The notes beneath the pieces are model-generated. The model saw only the letters and a program-made list of their open reading frames with translations, ran no database searches and was not told the origin of the DNA. The translations under genes were made by a program, and so were the position numbers. A DNA stretch of 64,000 nt from the human T2T-CHM13v2.0 reference genome, Homo sapiens. Shown one piece after another: positions 38,906-54,211 of this stretch (position 1 is the stretch's first letter; each line of letters starts with the position of its first letter). The stretch is taken from the NCBI RefSeq assembly GCF_009914755.1, contig NC_060927.1; one strand, given 5' to 3'.

Positions 38906-40123
38906 CTGGAGTCCTAGTCCCTGCCAATTCTCCAAGCAGCTCTTCCTGCCAGCTCAAATGTTCATGAGGGTCATGGGGTGTCCTGCATCTAGGATTCTGG
39001 AGGTCCATGGTGAGAGTGGGCCACTCCATAGCTACTTAACTCACCCCTTCCTTACGAACCACTTGGGCCCAGGAATGAGTCCCAGTGCTCAACAACCCTG
39101 TGTAAAGTTCCCAGCTTCCTCTCTTCTTAGCCCAGGGTCTGCATCCTCCCTCCATCCACTCTCAAAGCCTTCCTTCCAGAGATCTGCTCAAAGTGTGCTG
39201 GTCTTCTTGATGGTTTTGTCTGTCAGTAAGAGAAGCTCTTCCTGGCTGCATCTATTCAACCATCTTGGCTCCTCTCCCAAATAACTTTAATAATAAGTTA
39301 GAATTTGTTTTGCTTTGCTCCTGAGGCCTTTTTTTTTTTATCTCTCAGAATGAAAACCTGTCCTGCTAAATAACTCGTATTTATATTGTCAGATAAATCC
39401 TACTACATATTCAATTCACAGAGAGAAATAGACATTCTGGACTAGAGTGAGCTATAATGGGTTGTATTTCATCTTACCTGTAGATCTGTAGCAAAGAAGA
39501 CAAGAGATAATTAAAACACAGATATAAACCCTTGTCTTTTTTTTTTAACACGTTATCGTCCGTCTTATATTTCTCTAGTTGTAAAACAAATGACAAAGTA
39601 CTAGATAGTGATATTCCATCAACCAAGAGATAAAATAAGAAACTATGATTGGACATTTAAATATATAGTTAAGACTAAACATGTGAAGGAATTATTACTA
39701 AAGAACAGAATGTAGATGCTTTAAACTTTCAAGATGTGAAAATAATATATAATTAAAATCAGAAAGTGATAAGAAAGGAGGTTTGGAGAAATATAAAATC
39801 ATTACGATCTCTTATCTTTCATGACATAGAGTCAACATGTACTGTGTTACAGTGAAAATATTGTATCTAAAATGTACAGTTACATTATTCTGTTAATAGT
39901 GCTCACAATCTTTTTGTTTTTTACTTAGAAGACTCTTTTAGAGGTTAGTATCTCAACTGATAAGGACATCTTTTTTTCCTATGTGTAGGGGGCAATAGTC
40001 CAAACCCATTGGAATAGACACTTATGCAGATTTTCTTTTCCTCTTTGGCTTGTTTTTTTAAGTTGACATTTTTATGGAAAGCCAGAAAATGCAGCTGAAC
40101 AGAAGCTCATTTTTCAATATAGA

Positions 40124-40551
40124 CAGTTGACCCTTGAACGTGTGGTGGTTAGGGGCACTGAAACCCTGCTCAGCTAAAAATGTATGTATAACTTTCTATT
40201 CCTCCAAAACTTTACTAATAGTCTACCACTATTAACCAGAAGCCTTACTGATAACATAAACAGTTGATTAATATATATTTTGAATTTGTATTATATGTTT
40301 TATTCTTAAAGTAAGCTAGAGAAAAGAAAATGTTATTGAGAAAGTAATAAGGGAAAGAAAATATATTCACTATTCATTAAGTGGAAGTGGATCATCATGA
40401 AGTTCTTCATTCTTGTTGTCTTTGCATTGAATAGGCTGAGGAGGAGGAAGAAAAGGAAAGATTGGTCCCGCTGTCTCAAGGCTGGCAGAGACAGGAGAAA
40501 ATTCACATATAAGGGACACTATTCAAACCTGCGTTGTTCAAGTGTCAACTG
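40124..40551. mobile_element. Tigger2a-like DNA transposon
   Basis: TIRs cagttgacccttgaac / gttcaagtgtcaactg, followed by TA. Confidence 0.88.
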
Positions 40552-40559
40552 TACAGTCT

Positions 40560-40776
40560 TTTCTTTTTAGATAAGCTTTAGGTTCACAGCAAAATAGAGT
40601 AGAAAGTAGAAAGCATTCTCATATACCCCCTCCCCACACACATGCACAGCCTCCCCCACCATCAATGTTCTCCACCAGCATGGTACATTTGCTATAATCA
40701 ATGAACCTACACTGACACATGATTGTCATTCAAAGTCTATAATTTACATTTGATTTCACTCTTGGTGTTGTATATG
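40560..40776 (-). mobile_element. L1MC 3'UTR fragment
   Basis: tttaggttcacagcaaaa...caatgaacctacactgacacat. Confidence 0.75.
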
Positions 40777-40828
40777 GTGAAGACATTTTTATCTCAAGTT
40801 CAGTAATTGTTTCAGTTTCTTTCTCTAA

Positions 40829-41204
<376 letters not shown>

Positions 41205-42030
41205 TAACCATTTATGTTATCCTGTATTGCCTGAACTTCTTAAAATAAATATGTTTCATTTTTATCAAAATAAATTGTCATAGTTTTTTCAAAAACTTAG
41301 AAGAAAAATATATGTCTAAGGGATCACTAATAAATATTTTCACAGTAAATGTTAATTCTGATGTATAACATTTGGCATAATCATCTTAGAAAGATAGCTT
41401 GGAAACCAGTAAGAGTCTTGACAAATCCTAAAAGAATCCTAAGCATGCAAAATTGAGAGCACAGGAGTGGGATAAGTGGAATAATTTAATTGTTTCAATT
41501 GTTTACTTAAGCCAAAATTAGTAAAGTATATCCATCAAATATGACACATATTTAAAGTAGGTTAGACAAAACTTCATCTTGTACTAGTCTTTTGCAGCTG
41601 CCATAACAAAATACCAGAGACTGGGTGGATTATGTACATGGTGTTTGTCCAAAAGGCAGATAGTGAAGGGTTGGAAGGTGTGTGAGTTAATAACCAACAA
41701 AAACCAAACGTTTTGTTGTATTAATTTTTTTTTAAGTCCCCACATTACTTTATAAAATAAGACAAAAACAGAACAAAAGAAAGCATACTCTGCAGCCAAA
41801 GAATGAGGCTGAGGCTTCACCACCAGAATTTGCATGCACCTTTTTATAACTCTAAAAGCAGAGACCCACAGGCGGGAACTTTATAGCCAATTAGGGTAAA
41901 CCAAAGACACAATTTATAAATTTTTATTAATCTTTTCACATATAACAACATATTGTAACTTTATAAAATGTTTAATGTTTCCCAAAGTGAAAACTAATTC
42001 AATCCTTAGTAATCCTAACATGTTTTTCTT

Positions 42031-42932
42031 TTTTTTTTCCATTACGTTAGTGGGGTACAGGTGGTTTTTGGTTACATGAGTAAGTTCCTTAGTGGTGATT
42101 TTTGAGATTTTGGTGCACCCATTACCCGAACAGTTTACACTGCACCATATTTGTAGTCTTTTATCCCTCTCCCACCTCCTACTCTTCCCGCCCAAGTTCC
42201 CAAAGTCCATTGTATCATTCTCATGCCTTTGCATCCTCATAGCTTAGCTCCCACAAATCAGTGAGAACATCTGAAGTTTGGTTTTCCATTCCTGAGTTAC
42301 TTCACTTAGAATAATAGTCTTCAATCTCACTCAGGTCACTGCAAATGCTGTTAATTCATTCCTTTTTATGGAGTCTGCACACCAGATTAGTGCCCTCCCC
42401 CGAGTTCTGGCCAGGAGGCTTCTCACTCCATTCAAATTATTACAAAGTTCAGCTAGAGATTTCCTTCTCCCTGTGGAGTTTTACCCCCTGCTCCTCTGGC
42501 CGCCCTCCCAGTGGATCCCTGTGGTGCTAGGCAGGAATGTGCTGCTGGGGGACCCAGTGAGCTTCCAGGGCCTTTTTCATTGCTTCTCTACCCCTGTGTT
42601 TCACTTGGCTCTCTAAATTGACTCAGCTCCAGGTAAAGTCGGAAACTTCTCCAGGAAACAGACCTTCAGTTTCTCCAGTGGGGGTGTGTGTTTGGGAGAG
42701 GAGGGTCTCTCCCACTTCCACAGTTGGGGCACTCACAGTATTTGGCTTGTCTCCGGAGTCCTACAGAAGCAGTCTGCTTCCTTCAGCGTGTCTATGGGTC
42801 CTCTTGGTATTTATTGCTGGTTTGTTCTTGCAGTTGATCTGGAGCTGAAATTCACAATGCGAGCCTCTGCATACTGCTCTGTCGGGTGCTGCAATCTAGT
42901 CTTGCCTCCCATCCACCATGATGATCCCGATC
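42031..42932 (-). mobile_element. Internally deleted L1PB (5'UTR fused to 3' end)
   Basis: 3' end 42031-42371 joined to 5'UTR 42372-42932; 17-bp TSD cctaacatgt(t/g)tttctt (42014-42030 / 42933-42949). Confidence 0.85.
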
Positions 42933-42960
42933 CCTAACATGTGTTTCTTATCAGCTAGAA

Positions 42961-43228
42961 CAGCAATTCTCAGATTTTTTTGGTCTAAGGATCTTTTATA
43001 CTGTTCAAATGTATTGACGATTCCAAAGAATGTACTTTAGAAAAATCTAGAAAACACAGAACTACACAAGTACTCATTCCACAAACCATCAAAGCAGTAA
43101 TATAAACATCTGCAATGTAGCATCTAGAAAACTCCATTGTGCACTCATGAGAGAATGTAAATGCAAAAAGCATATCACATCTTAGTATTACTATGAAAAT
43201 AAAAGTAACTTTGAAGACTTCCTGCAAA
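42961..43228. mobile_element. hAT-Charlie (Charlie4a-like) fragment
   Basis: cagcaattctcagatttttttggtctaagga...catcttagtattactatgaaaat. Confidence 0.7.
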
Positions 43229-43819
43229 AATCACCCCAATTCCAATTATTGCACCCCACCCCACTTATAACAAAGGTGCTATAATTTTGCCAAATTCTAA
43301 TTTTTTCTGTGTTTTTATTCATTTTTAATTACTTAATATATAATATTTTGTATCTGCTATTTTTTTTTTATTAATCTACTAGCATATCTCCATGTTTGGA
43401 TCAGATCTTTGTAAATAGTAATGTAATTTTGCATAGGGTGGCATCATTAAGAAATAATCTGTTTACATATGTTTTTAGAGAAAACTGGCAGCTCAAGCAA
43501 GCTCAGCCCCACCTGGAAGAGATGATCAAAACTTGTGGGTTTGAATGAGTTTTCATGATAATTTTTTAAATATTACACCACATATACTTGTGACCCAAAT
43601 AGGGATGATATTCATGGAATTTGGATGGAGACAATTATGTAAGAGGCTGAATTAGACATCTTTTGATGCCCTTTCCCACTCTAGAATTTTGTGATTCAAT
43701 ATTCATTGATTACCAATTTCATTTTACTTCTTCTGGTCTGCCCTTAAAGGAACTGCTATTTAAAATAATCGAAGAGCAAAAAATAAAACTCTTGAAACCA
43801 GACACCTTCTTTATAGGAA

Positions 43820-44537
43820 TTTTTTCACTTTTTTCCAGCTTTATTGAGTATAGTTGACAAATAAAAATTGTATATATGTAAGGTGTACAACTTGATGTTT
43901 TGATATACATTGTGAAATGAAAACCACAATCAAGCTAATTAACATATCTATTACATCACATAGTTACCTTTATTTTTAATTTCTGGTGAGAACCCTTACA
44001 ATCTACTCTTTTAACAAATTTCAAGTATAAAATATAGTATTGTTAGCTATAGTCACCATATTGTACATTAGATCTCAAAATGTATTCATCCTGTCTAACT
44101 GAAACTTTGTACCATTTAACCAAGATCTTCCCATTTCCCTCTCCCTGCAGTCCCTGGCAACCACCATTCTATTCTGCTTCAATGAGAATGACTATTTTAG
44201 ATTCCACATATAAATGAGATCATGTCGTATTTGCCTCTCTGAGTCTGAATTATCACCATATGATTCAGCTATGCCACTTCTGGTTATATAACCAAAAAAA
44301 ATGAAATCAGTGACTCAAAGAAACGTCTGCACTCCTATGTGCACTGCAGCATTATTCAAAATAGAGAAGCTATAGAAACAACCTATATATCTCTTGATGA
44401 ATGAATGGATAAAGAGATAAAGAAAATGAATGTGGTGTGTGAAATATTATTCAGCTTTGAAAAGAAGAAAATCCTGCCATTTGAGAAAATGTGGATGAAC
44501 GTAGGGGATATTATGCTAAATGAAATAATCCAGACTT
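43820..44537 (-). mobile_element. Old L1MA 3' end with an inverted 5' segment
   Basis: Minus 3'UTR 43820-44253, then plus-strand upstream L1 sequence 44254-44537. Confidence 0.75.
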
Positions 44538-44594
44538 CATGACAATTTGGGGTGACTCTGAGTCATTATGCTACAAGGACTTCTCTGATAAAAC

Positions 44595-44766
44595 AGAGAT
44601 GTTATTGTTTAATGGGTACAGAGTTTCAGTTCAAGAAGATAAAAAAATTCTTGAGATAGATGGTAATGGTTACAAAACAATGAAGATGTACTTAATGCCA
44701 CTAACTGTATGCTCAAAATTTGTTAAAATGATCAATTTTATGTTACATATGTTTATGCAATAAAAT
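44595..44766 (+). mobile_element. L1MB 3' end fragment
   Basis: tgtttaatgggtacagagtttcagtt...gtacttaatgccact...aataaaa. Confidence 0.75.
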
Positions 44767-44779
44767 TTGTAATTACTAA

Positions 44780-47256
<2,477 letters not shown>

Positions 47257-48466
47257 TGCTGCCTTGAAGAAAAGGACCCAGTCCTAGCAAGATTCATCGC
47301 CTGCTGACTAAACAGCTCTTGGGCCCTGAATAATTCACGATGGTAGCCAGGCAGTACTTGCTGTGGGGCCTGGGTGAGACTGAGAAGCACTGGCTTCAGG
47401 TGTGACTCAGCACATTCCCAGCTGTGGTGGCTACAAGGAGAGACTCCTTCTGCTTGAGAAAAGGAGAGGAAGAGTGACGGGGATTTTGTTTTGCAGTTTA
47501 GGTACCAGCTTGGCCGAAGTAGGTTAGAGTACCAAGCAGACTCTTGGGGTCCCCATTTCCTGGCCTTGGCACTTGGACAGCATTTCTAGACCTGCCCTAG
47601 GCCAGAAGGGAAACCATCCGCTCCTGAAGGGAGAGTTCCAGGTCTGGCAGCATTCACCTCAAGCTCAATAGTATAATTTGAAGTCTGGTAATGTGATTCT
47701 TCCAGTTTTGTTCTTTTTGCTCAGGTTAGCTTTGGCTATTCTGAGTCTTTCATGGTTCCATATAAATTTCAGGATCTTTTTTTCTACGTCTGTGAAGACT
47801 GTCATTGGTATTTTGATACGGATTGCTTTGAATCTGTAGATTGCTTTAGATAGTATGAACATTTTAATAATATTAATTATTCTAATCTATGAACACGGAA
47901 TAGCTTTTCATTTTTTTGTATTCTCGTTCCATTTCTTTCATCAGTGTTTTAAAATTTTCATCATAGAGACCTTTCACTTCTTTGGATAAATTAATTCCTA
48001 CAAATTTTATCTATAGTGATTGTATATGGAATAACAGTTTCTGTTATTTCTTTTTTCAGTTTGTTGATTTCTTTTTCAGTTGTTCACTGTTGGTGTATAG
48101 TGCAGTGGTACTAGCATAAAAACAGACACATAAACCAATGGAACCAAATAGAGACCCAGAAACAAAACCATACATCTGCAGTGAACTCATTTTCTACGAA
48201 GTTGCCAAGAACTCGCAATGAGGAAAGGATTGTCTCTTCAAAATAAATGGTGCTGGGAAAACTGGATGTCTATATGTAGAAGAATGAAACTAGATCCTTT
48301 TTTCTTGAGTGCCTCTTTGAGTGGTATGAAGTTAAAACCAGGTACTGTGATCACTCATTTGATTTTTGATTCTTATGAAGATGCTTTTTTGTGTGAATAT
48401 TTGTTCCATTTGGTGTTCCTGCAGAGAGGATGATTAGTAAAGGCTTCTATTGGGCCATCTTGCTCC
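47257..48466. mobile_element. Four-segment rearranged L1MA mosaic (+,-,+,-)
   Basis: 5'UTR piece (+, 47257-47665), ORF2 (-, 47667-48098), ORF2 (+, 48100-48297), 5' start (-, 48298-48466). Confidence 0.7.
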
Positions 48467-48599
48467 CAAATAATATAATTTTTATTTTAATCTTCTGTCA
48501 TACTAGCTAACTGGTTAATTAAAAAGGAAAAACTGGAACTATGGAAGTGGGAATTGCACAAATATTAAAATAAGTGTACAGAGAAAGGCACATTCAAGC

Positions 48600-49345
48600 A
48601 ATGCTGGAGGGAATGTAAACTGACACAATTTGACATATCTAAGATAATACACAAATGTACTTTTGTGCCTTTATTATCATAGATATGATAGTATCTGTGA
48701 TATTATCATAGACATCATGATAATGTCATAATATTATCAAACCTGGCAATTCCTCTCAAGAAAATTATCCTAAAAATATACTTAAACAAATACAAAGAGA
48801 CATGTCCACAAGAAACATTCTATGTGGTATTTTTTATACCACAAACAAAACTTACTGTAAATGTCCATCACTAGGGTTGTGTTAATTAAATTATGACACA
48901 AACATACAATAGAATTTTAAGTAGCCACTAAAAAGAATGATGTAGCACTGCTGTGTTGATACAAAAAGATCTATTATGTTATTAGGTATAAAATTAGGTA
49001 TGAAATATATATATTTTTAATATCTTATCATAAGATGAAAATGTCTATTATATTATTAGCTTTTTATAAGGACTGAACAGCATTACAGGATGCTCCCATT
49101 GGTACCATGGCATATACATCATGGATAGATAGGTAGATAGATAGACAGATAGATAGACATATAAATGCACACATATACCATAGGCATATAGACATGTCAA
49201 TATAAATATAATTTTTCTGTAAAGAAACATAAGAAACTGTTGATTGTTCCTTCTGCAGAGTTATTTCTTGAGGAAATTCTTTACCTTATATATTGTACTG
49301 CACAATTTAAGTACTTGATCATGAGCATGTATTTTCTTTGTTTTA
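48600..49345 (+). mobile_element. L1ME-like 3' fragment
   Basis: Degenerate L1 3' motifs (aaatgtccatcactaggg, gccactaaaaagaatga). Confidence 0.6.
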
Positions 49346-49565
49346 ATAATATCAGTTCTTCAGAGAACTAGCTGGTAGTGGCTAAGAATCCAAAATTTCA
49401 ATTATGCAAGAATCTGAATGAAAATCCATTAGGATGTTTTTGGCTTCTAAGCACCTTTAAAAAACTAAATTCAATATGAGTCTTTCATTCTATAAATGTA
49501 AGAAAATCAAAGTAATAATTGTAATGTATCCTGATTCATTTCTCCTGGTGTTAGATTACAATAAC

Positions 49566-49689
49566 TTATACAATATGGAGGTCTGTGCTATCAACTTCAC
49601 TTTATAACGCCTGAGACATCTTCACCTTGTTTCTAGTATCATAGTGTACTGTTCTTCTCTGTGTAGCTGGTGTAGGGTTGCATTTCATC
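49566..49689 (-). pseudogene. CD200R1-like last exon (cytoplasmic tail)
   Basis: ttttcttag|GATGAAATG... gives DEMQPYTSYTEKNSTL*; the shifted frame gives YDTRNKVKMSQAL*SEVDSTDLHIV*. CD200R1 reads DEMQPYASYTEKNNPLYDTTNKVKASEALQSEVDTDLHTL. Confidence 0.95.
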
Positions 49690-50358
49690 CTAAGAAAAAA
49701 AATCAAAGTCAAAATCAGTTCAAAAAGGGCAGAAATCATTATGGAAACTACCTGTTTTTTATAATAGGTGTCCACAGCTTTTGGTATCAACCAAGAGTGC
49801 TTATATTTGTGTTTCTGGGCTCACGTGAATATAAGAGCAAGGCTTTGTTCTAATATTTGTTAATTACTTAAGTCTCTGTGAGAGATGATGGTTGCATGAA
49901 AGTAGGAATAGAGATGAATGAAGTGGTATGAGAAGTATTCCAAAGGAGAGAGCCAAAGACATAGTAAGCTACTGGCATAAGAGATTCCAGGGCAGGATAT
50001 GTTTTAAGCTAGGGTAAGAGGAAAACGATGATGGTATTGAAAAATAGAAGTCAAGGTTCAGAGATGCTTTCCTGTAAATGGAAATGCCAATTCAGTTTCT
50101 CCAAAGATTACAGTTCAAAAGAGATAAACATCACGTGTATTAGGACATGGTTCATGAAATGAAAATGTGGATCTGGGTGGTCTATACATAGTACTTGATA
50201 GGTAATTAACAAAATAATTGCATCTATTTGCATTGTAAATCAGAACTGTTTGTTTTTCAACTAAAACACTAATATTGCTACACATTACAAATTATGTTAC
50301 TATATTTTCACACTATTGACTTAAAAGTTTGTAAATATTCTTTTTAATCTTATCTTAC

Positions 50359-50404
50359 CTCCTCAACAACTAGAGTAGCTTCTGTTTTATTCAATTTATA
50401 TTTT
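50359..50404 (-). pseudogene. CD200R1-like 46-nt juxtamembrane exon
   Basis: ttttatag|AAAATAT...GAGGAG|gtaaga gives (R)[15 protein letters not shown] vs CD200R1 [15 protein letters not shown]. Confidence 0.95.
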
Positions 50405-50428
50405 CTATAAAAATAAAATAAGCTGGAG

Positions 50429-50761
<333 letters not shown>

Positions 50762-51257
50762 TTAGATTGAAAATTGAAAGAAGTGTACTATTGACAATTG
50801 TGGTTCATTTTGATAGAAGCCATAATAAATCAGAAAGAAACTACCAGAAATGAGTGAAGGATACTGCTTGTAGCTACTACACTCATAGAAGAAAAGTCTA
50901 GATTTTGAAAAAAGAAGTGAAATTATGCAATAGGAGCTTGATGCAATTGAACATATGTAACACCTCCTCTTTGGTACAAGAAAAGAATTGTAATTATCTA
51001 TCCAAATTAAAAAATCAGCATGCACTATCTCTCCCAAGATCCTGCCCTAAATGGCCTAATTCGCCATGCTTGCATGCCAAAGCAACCTAGGAAAATCACT
51101 CACATCTGTCAAGGTAGTTCAAATCCAACATCTTCAGGATATTCTGTGATTATGAGAGATTTGATGTTAGAATTCTAATTGGTCAGTCAATTCCATATTT
51201 CTGGCCCTTTTCTAGTGCAATAAAGCTAAAGAAGAAAAAACATTCATCAATCAATAC

Positions 51258-51360
51258 CTGCAGCCACTGATTTTCAAAACCCAAAGCAATCCCACAATGA
51301 TCAAAATAAAACTCATAAAAATAATAGAGTGAATACATAGTTTTACTGATGTTTTGGTAC
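51258..51360 (-). pseudogene. CD200R1-like transmembrane exon
   Basis: ttacag|GTACC...TGCAG|gtattg gives GTKTSVKLCIHSIIFMSFILIIVGLLWVLKISGCR vs CD200R1 GAKKSAKLYIPYIILTIIILTIVGFIWLLKVNGCR; frame is open. Confidence 0.93.
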
Positions 51361-51394
51361 CTGTAATTATAAACAAAAATATATGTTTCAAATG

Positions 51395-51950
51395 TGGTGT
51401 ATTCCAACAATGAAATATTATTTGGTGCTAAAATAAAATGTCTGAACTATCAAGCTGTGAAAGGACATGAAGGAAACTTAAATGCATACTACTAAGTGAA
51501 AGAAGCCAATCTGAAGAGGCTACATACTGTGTGATGCCAACATATGATGTTATGAAAAAGGCAAAACTAAGGAGACAGTAAAAAGATCAGTGGTTGCCAA
51601 CTGAGAAAGAGGGAGGGAAGGATGAATAGAGCATAGAGGATTTTTAGGGCAGTGATTCTATTCTGTGGGATACTATCATGGCACATGCATGTCATTATAC
51701 ACGTGTGAAAACTCATAGAATGTCTAACACCAGAGTGAATCCTGAAGTAAATTATGGCCTTTGGCTGACGATGATGTGTCAATGAAGGTTCATCAATAGT
51801 AACTAATTTAACACTGTGTTGCAGGATACGCAAGTGGGAGAGGTTGTACTTGGGTACAGGCAGGGATTATGTGGAAACTTTCTGTGCTTTGCACTTAATT
51901 TTGCCATGAACCTAAAACTGCTTTAAAACATAAAATCTATTAAAAATTAA
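51395..51950 (+). mobile_element. L1MC1-like 3'UTR
   Basis: gaaagaagccaatctgaagaggctacatactg...gaacctaaaactgc. Confidence 0.82.
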
Positions 51951-54211
51951 AAGTTTTATATATATATATGTATATACATAAAATTCATTTCTATAATTTT
52001 ACTTTAAACAATTCTGACCCATTAATAGTTTGAGAATTCTTAAAATAAAATTGCTTTATCCAGAAACTCTAAAGCTTTATCCAGACTTGAGAGTTTTCAG
52101 CAAGACATTACATTACTTCAAGATTTCATTGCTTTAAGCATTCATGAGCGGTGAATTCCTATACAAGAGATGTGAAACTTAGATCTCTCTATTACAGCAG
52201 AGTGTTTCTGACCTCCAACACTCACAAGTATATGAGTAATTATAAGGAAAGTTGTTGGAAAAGTAATCCTAATTCCAAAATAACCTTTCTTCCAAGGCAC
52301 TGAAACTAAAATGAATGCATAGCAGCATCCTTATTTATTAGCTGCTGGAGCAATATAAAGCTCTATCTGATAACTGTGCAAATCAGCAAAGTAATTTCCA
52401 GCTGTAAGGGGAAACAGTTTACAAATGTGCTCCTGGTCTTGCATACGTATGGCTCAGGGGAAGCAGAAGGAGGTACTATAGAGACTGAGCAGACTAGCAT
52501 CTGGTCCTTACACTATCCTCCCACAGTTGATGTTTTTAAATATTGGATTTCTCCATATGTTTGCTTGAAAAATAAAAATTTGTGTTTTTTCTTTAAAAAA
52601 ATTTTTTTCAAAACTCTCCCTGTCAAACTAATGAGCTCTCTTGCACTGGACCTGTACTGGCAGAGGCTGAAGGTTCACTGTGCAAGGAAGACACAGAGGA
52701 GATCCCTGCACTAATGGGAATTTGGATGAGAAGATCCACTCAGTTCTAGATGCTATAAATAAGACATATTTTAATACCAGATGGTGAGATTTCATACATA
52801 ATCAAGCACAATTATTATTTTTAGTAAATACTGCTTAACTCTTTTTTTCAAAAGACAATATCACTTTAAGAATGGATATTGAAAAATCTGTTGGAAACGG
52901 TGGTTTCAAAATATGAGATTTTCTCTTCTTTCTTAAAACTTACTAAAATGTTAGTAAAGCAATGTTTTAAAGTATAAGCCTGCAAAGATAAAGAGAATAG
53001 AGATGAAGACGAGAACAGATGAAAGACTTTTCAACTTCTTTGGGGTGAAAAATGAACTGTAGAATGGCAAATGATTTATAAACTAGAATAAGTAAAAATC
53101 TTAGTACCCACAAAACTCCAGGAAGACTCTAGAGTGGGAAGTATCCATAGAAAAAGGAGTATGTGGAGGGCTGAAGTGTAGGCGTAAAAGTTGGGAGCTT
53201 CCTTGAAAGTCTGTCTTGAAAACAGATAGTTTGCCAAGTCTCCCGCTCCACTCTGTGCAGCACAGCTTCCCCAGCCAGCAGAAAAAAATTATTGGCAGAT
53301 TGGTCTAGGAAACATTTCTGGAGAGATGCTAGAGTCAAGGATTCAGACATCATGCAGGGTGGGAATAAAGTGCTACACTGAAGAGAGGTACTAAAGGAAA
53401 CTCTCAGTTCTCAACAGCGGCACACTTACACACATACACACACTCCTCTTTCCCTTCCCAGAACACTGGTGATCAGGCTTATCTCTCCAAGGCAAGAGAC
53501 TGGTGAGTTATTTGCTGCAGACTCTAAACATTCCCAGAGAACGGGCCTTTAGATACATGACAAATTCCCAATTATAAAAAATCACTTAGCTCCTTTTCAC
53601 TATATTGAAGCTAACTAGTTGAAAACCTTCATCATCAGCAAGTAGAGCTTCTAATAAGTCCACTAGTGCTCACTTTAAAATGAATCCATACAACAACAGG
53701 AGTGTTAATATGCCTTCTGTTACTGGGTAAAGGGTGGAAGGGATCTGAACTCTTTATTCACTCACAGTGTTTTCTGTGATAGCTATTTCTCACTGTGTGT
53801 GCACTTTCTGTTCTTCGTGTCTTCACATCACATGCTGTTGCATCTTAAAGCATTTTCATAGTATGTGGTTTAAGGCAGTTTCATGGTAAAATATAAAATA
53901 AAATAAAATAAAATAAATTCATACCCAGGAATTACCAAAGAGTTAATAAAACTCTTACATATCCAAGAAAGAGACTAAAATAAACAAATGTCTGGAAAGC
54001 AGATGAAAGTCAGATTAAACAAGCACAGAATCAAGCAAAGGATAAAGGCAAAGAGAATGTCCATGACAATACTGTGTAGCAAGTATAGTGACCAACCAGG
54101 ACAGATTAGACAAAAGCATGAAAAAGTGCAAGAAGTGATGTCTTAAGAAAATGGAACTCATAGATTATATAACAAATCTGACCATGTGAAAAATAATACT
54201 AAGGGGTTCTC

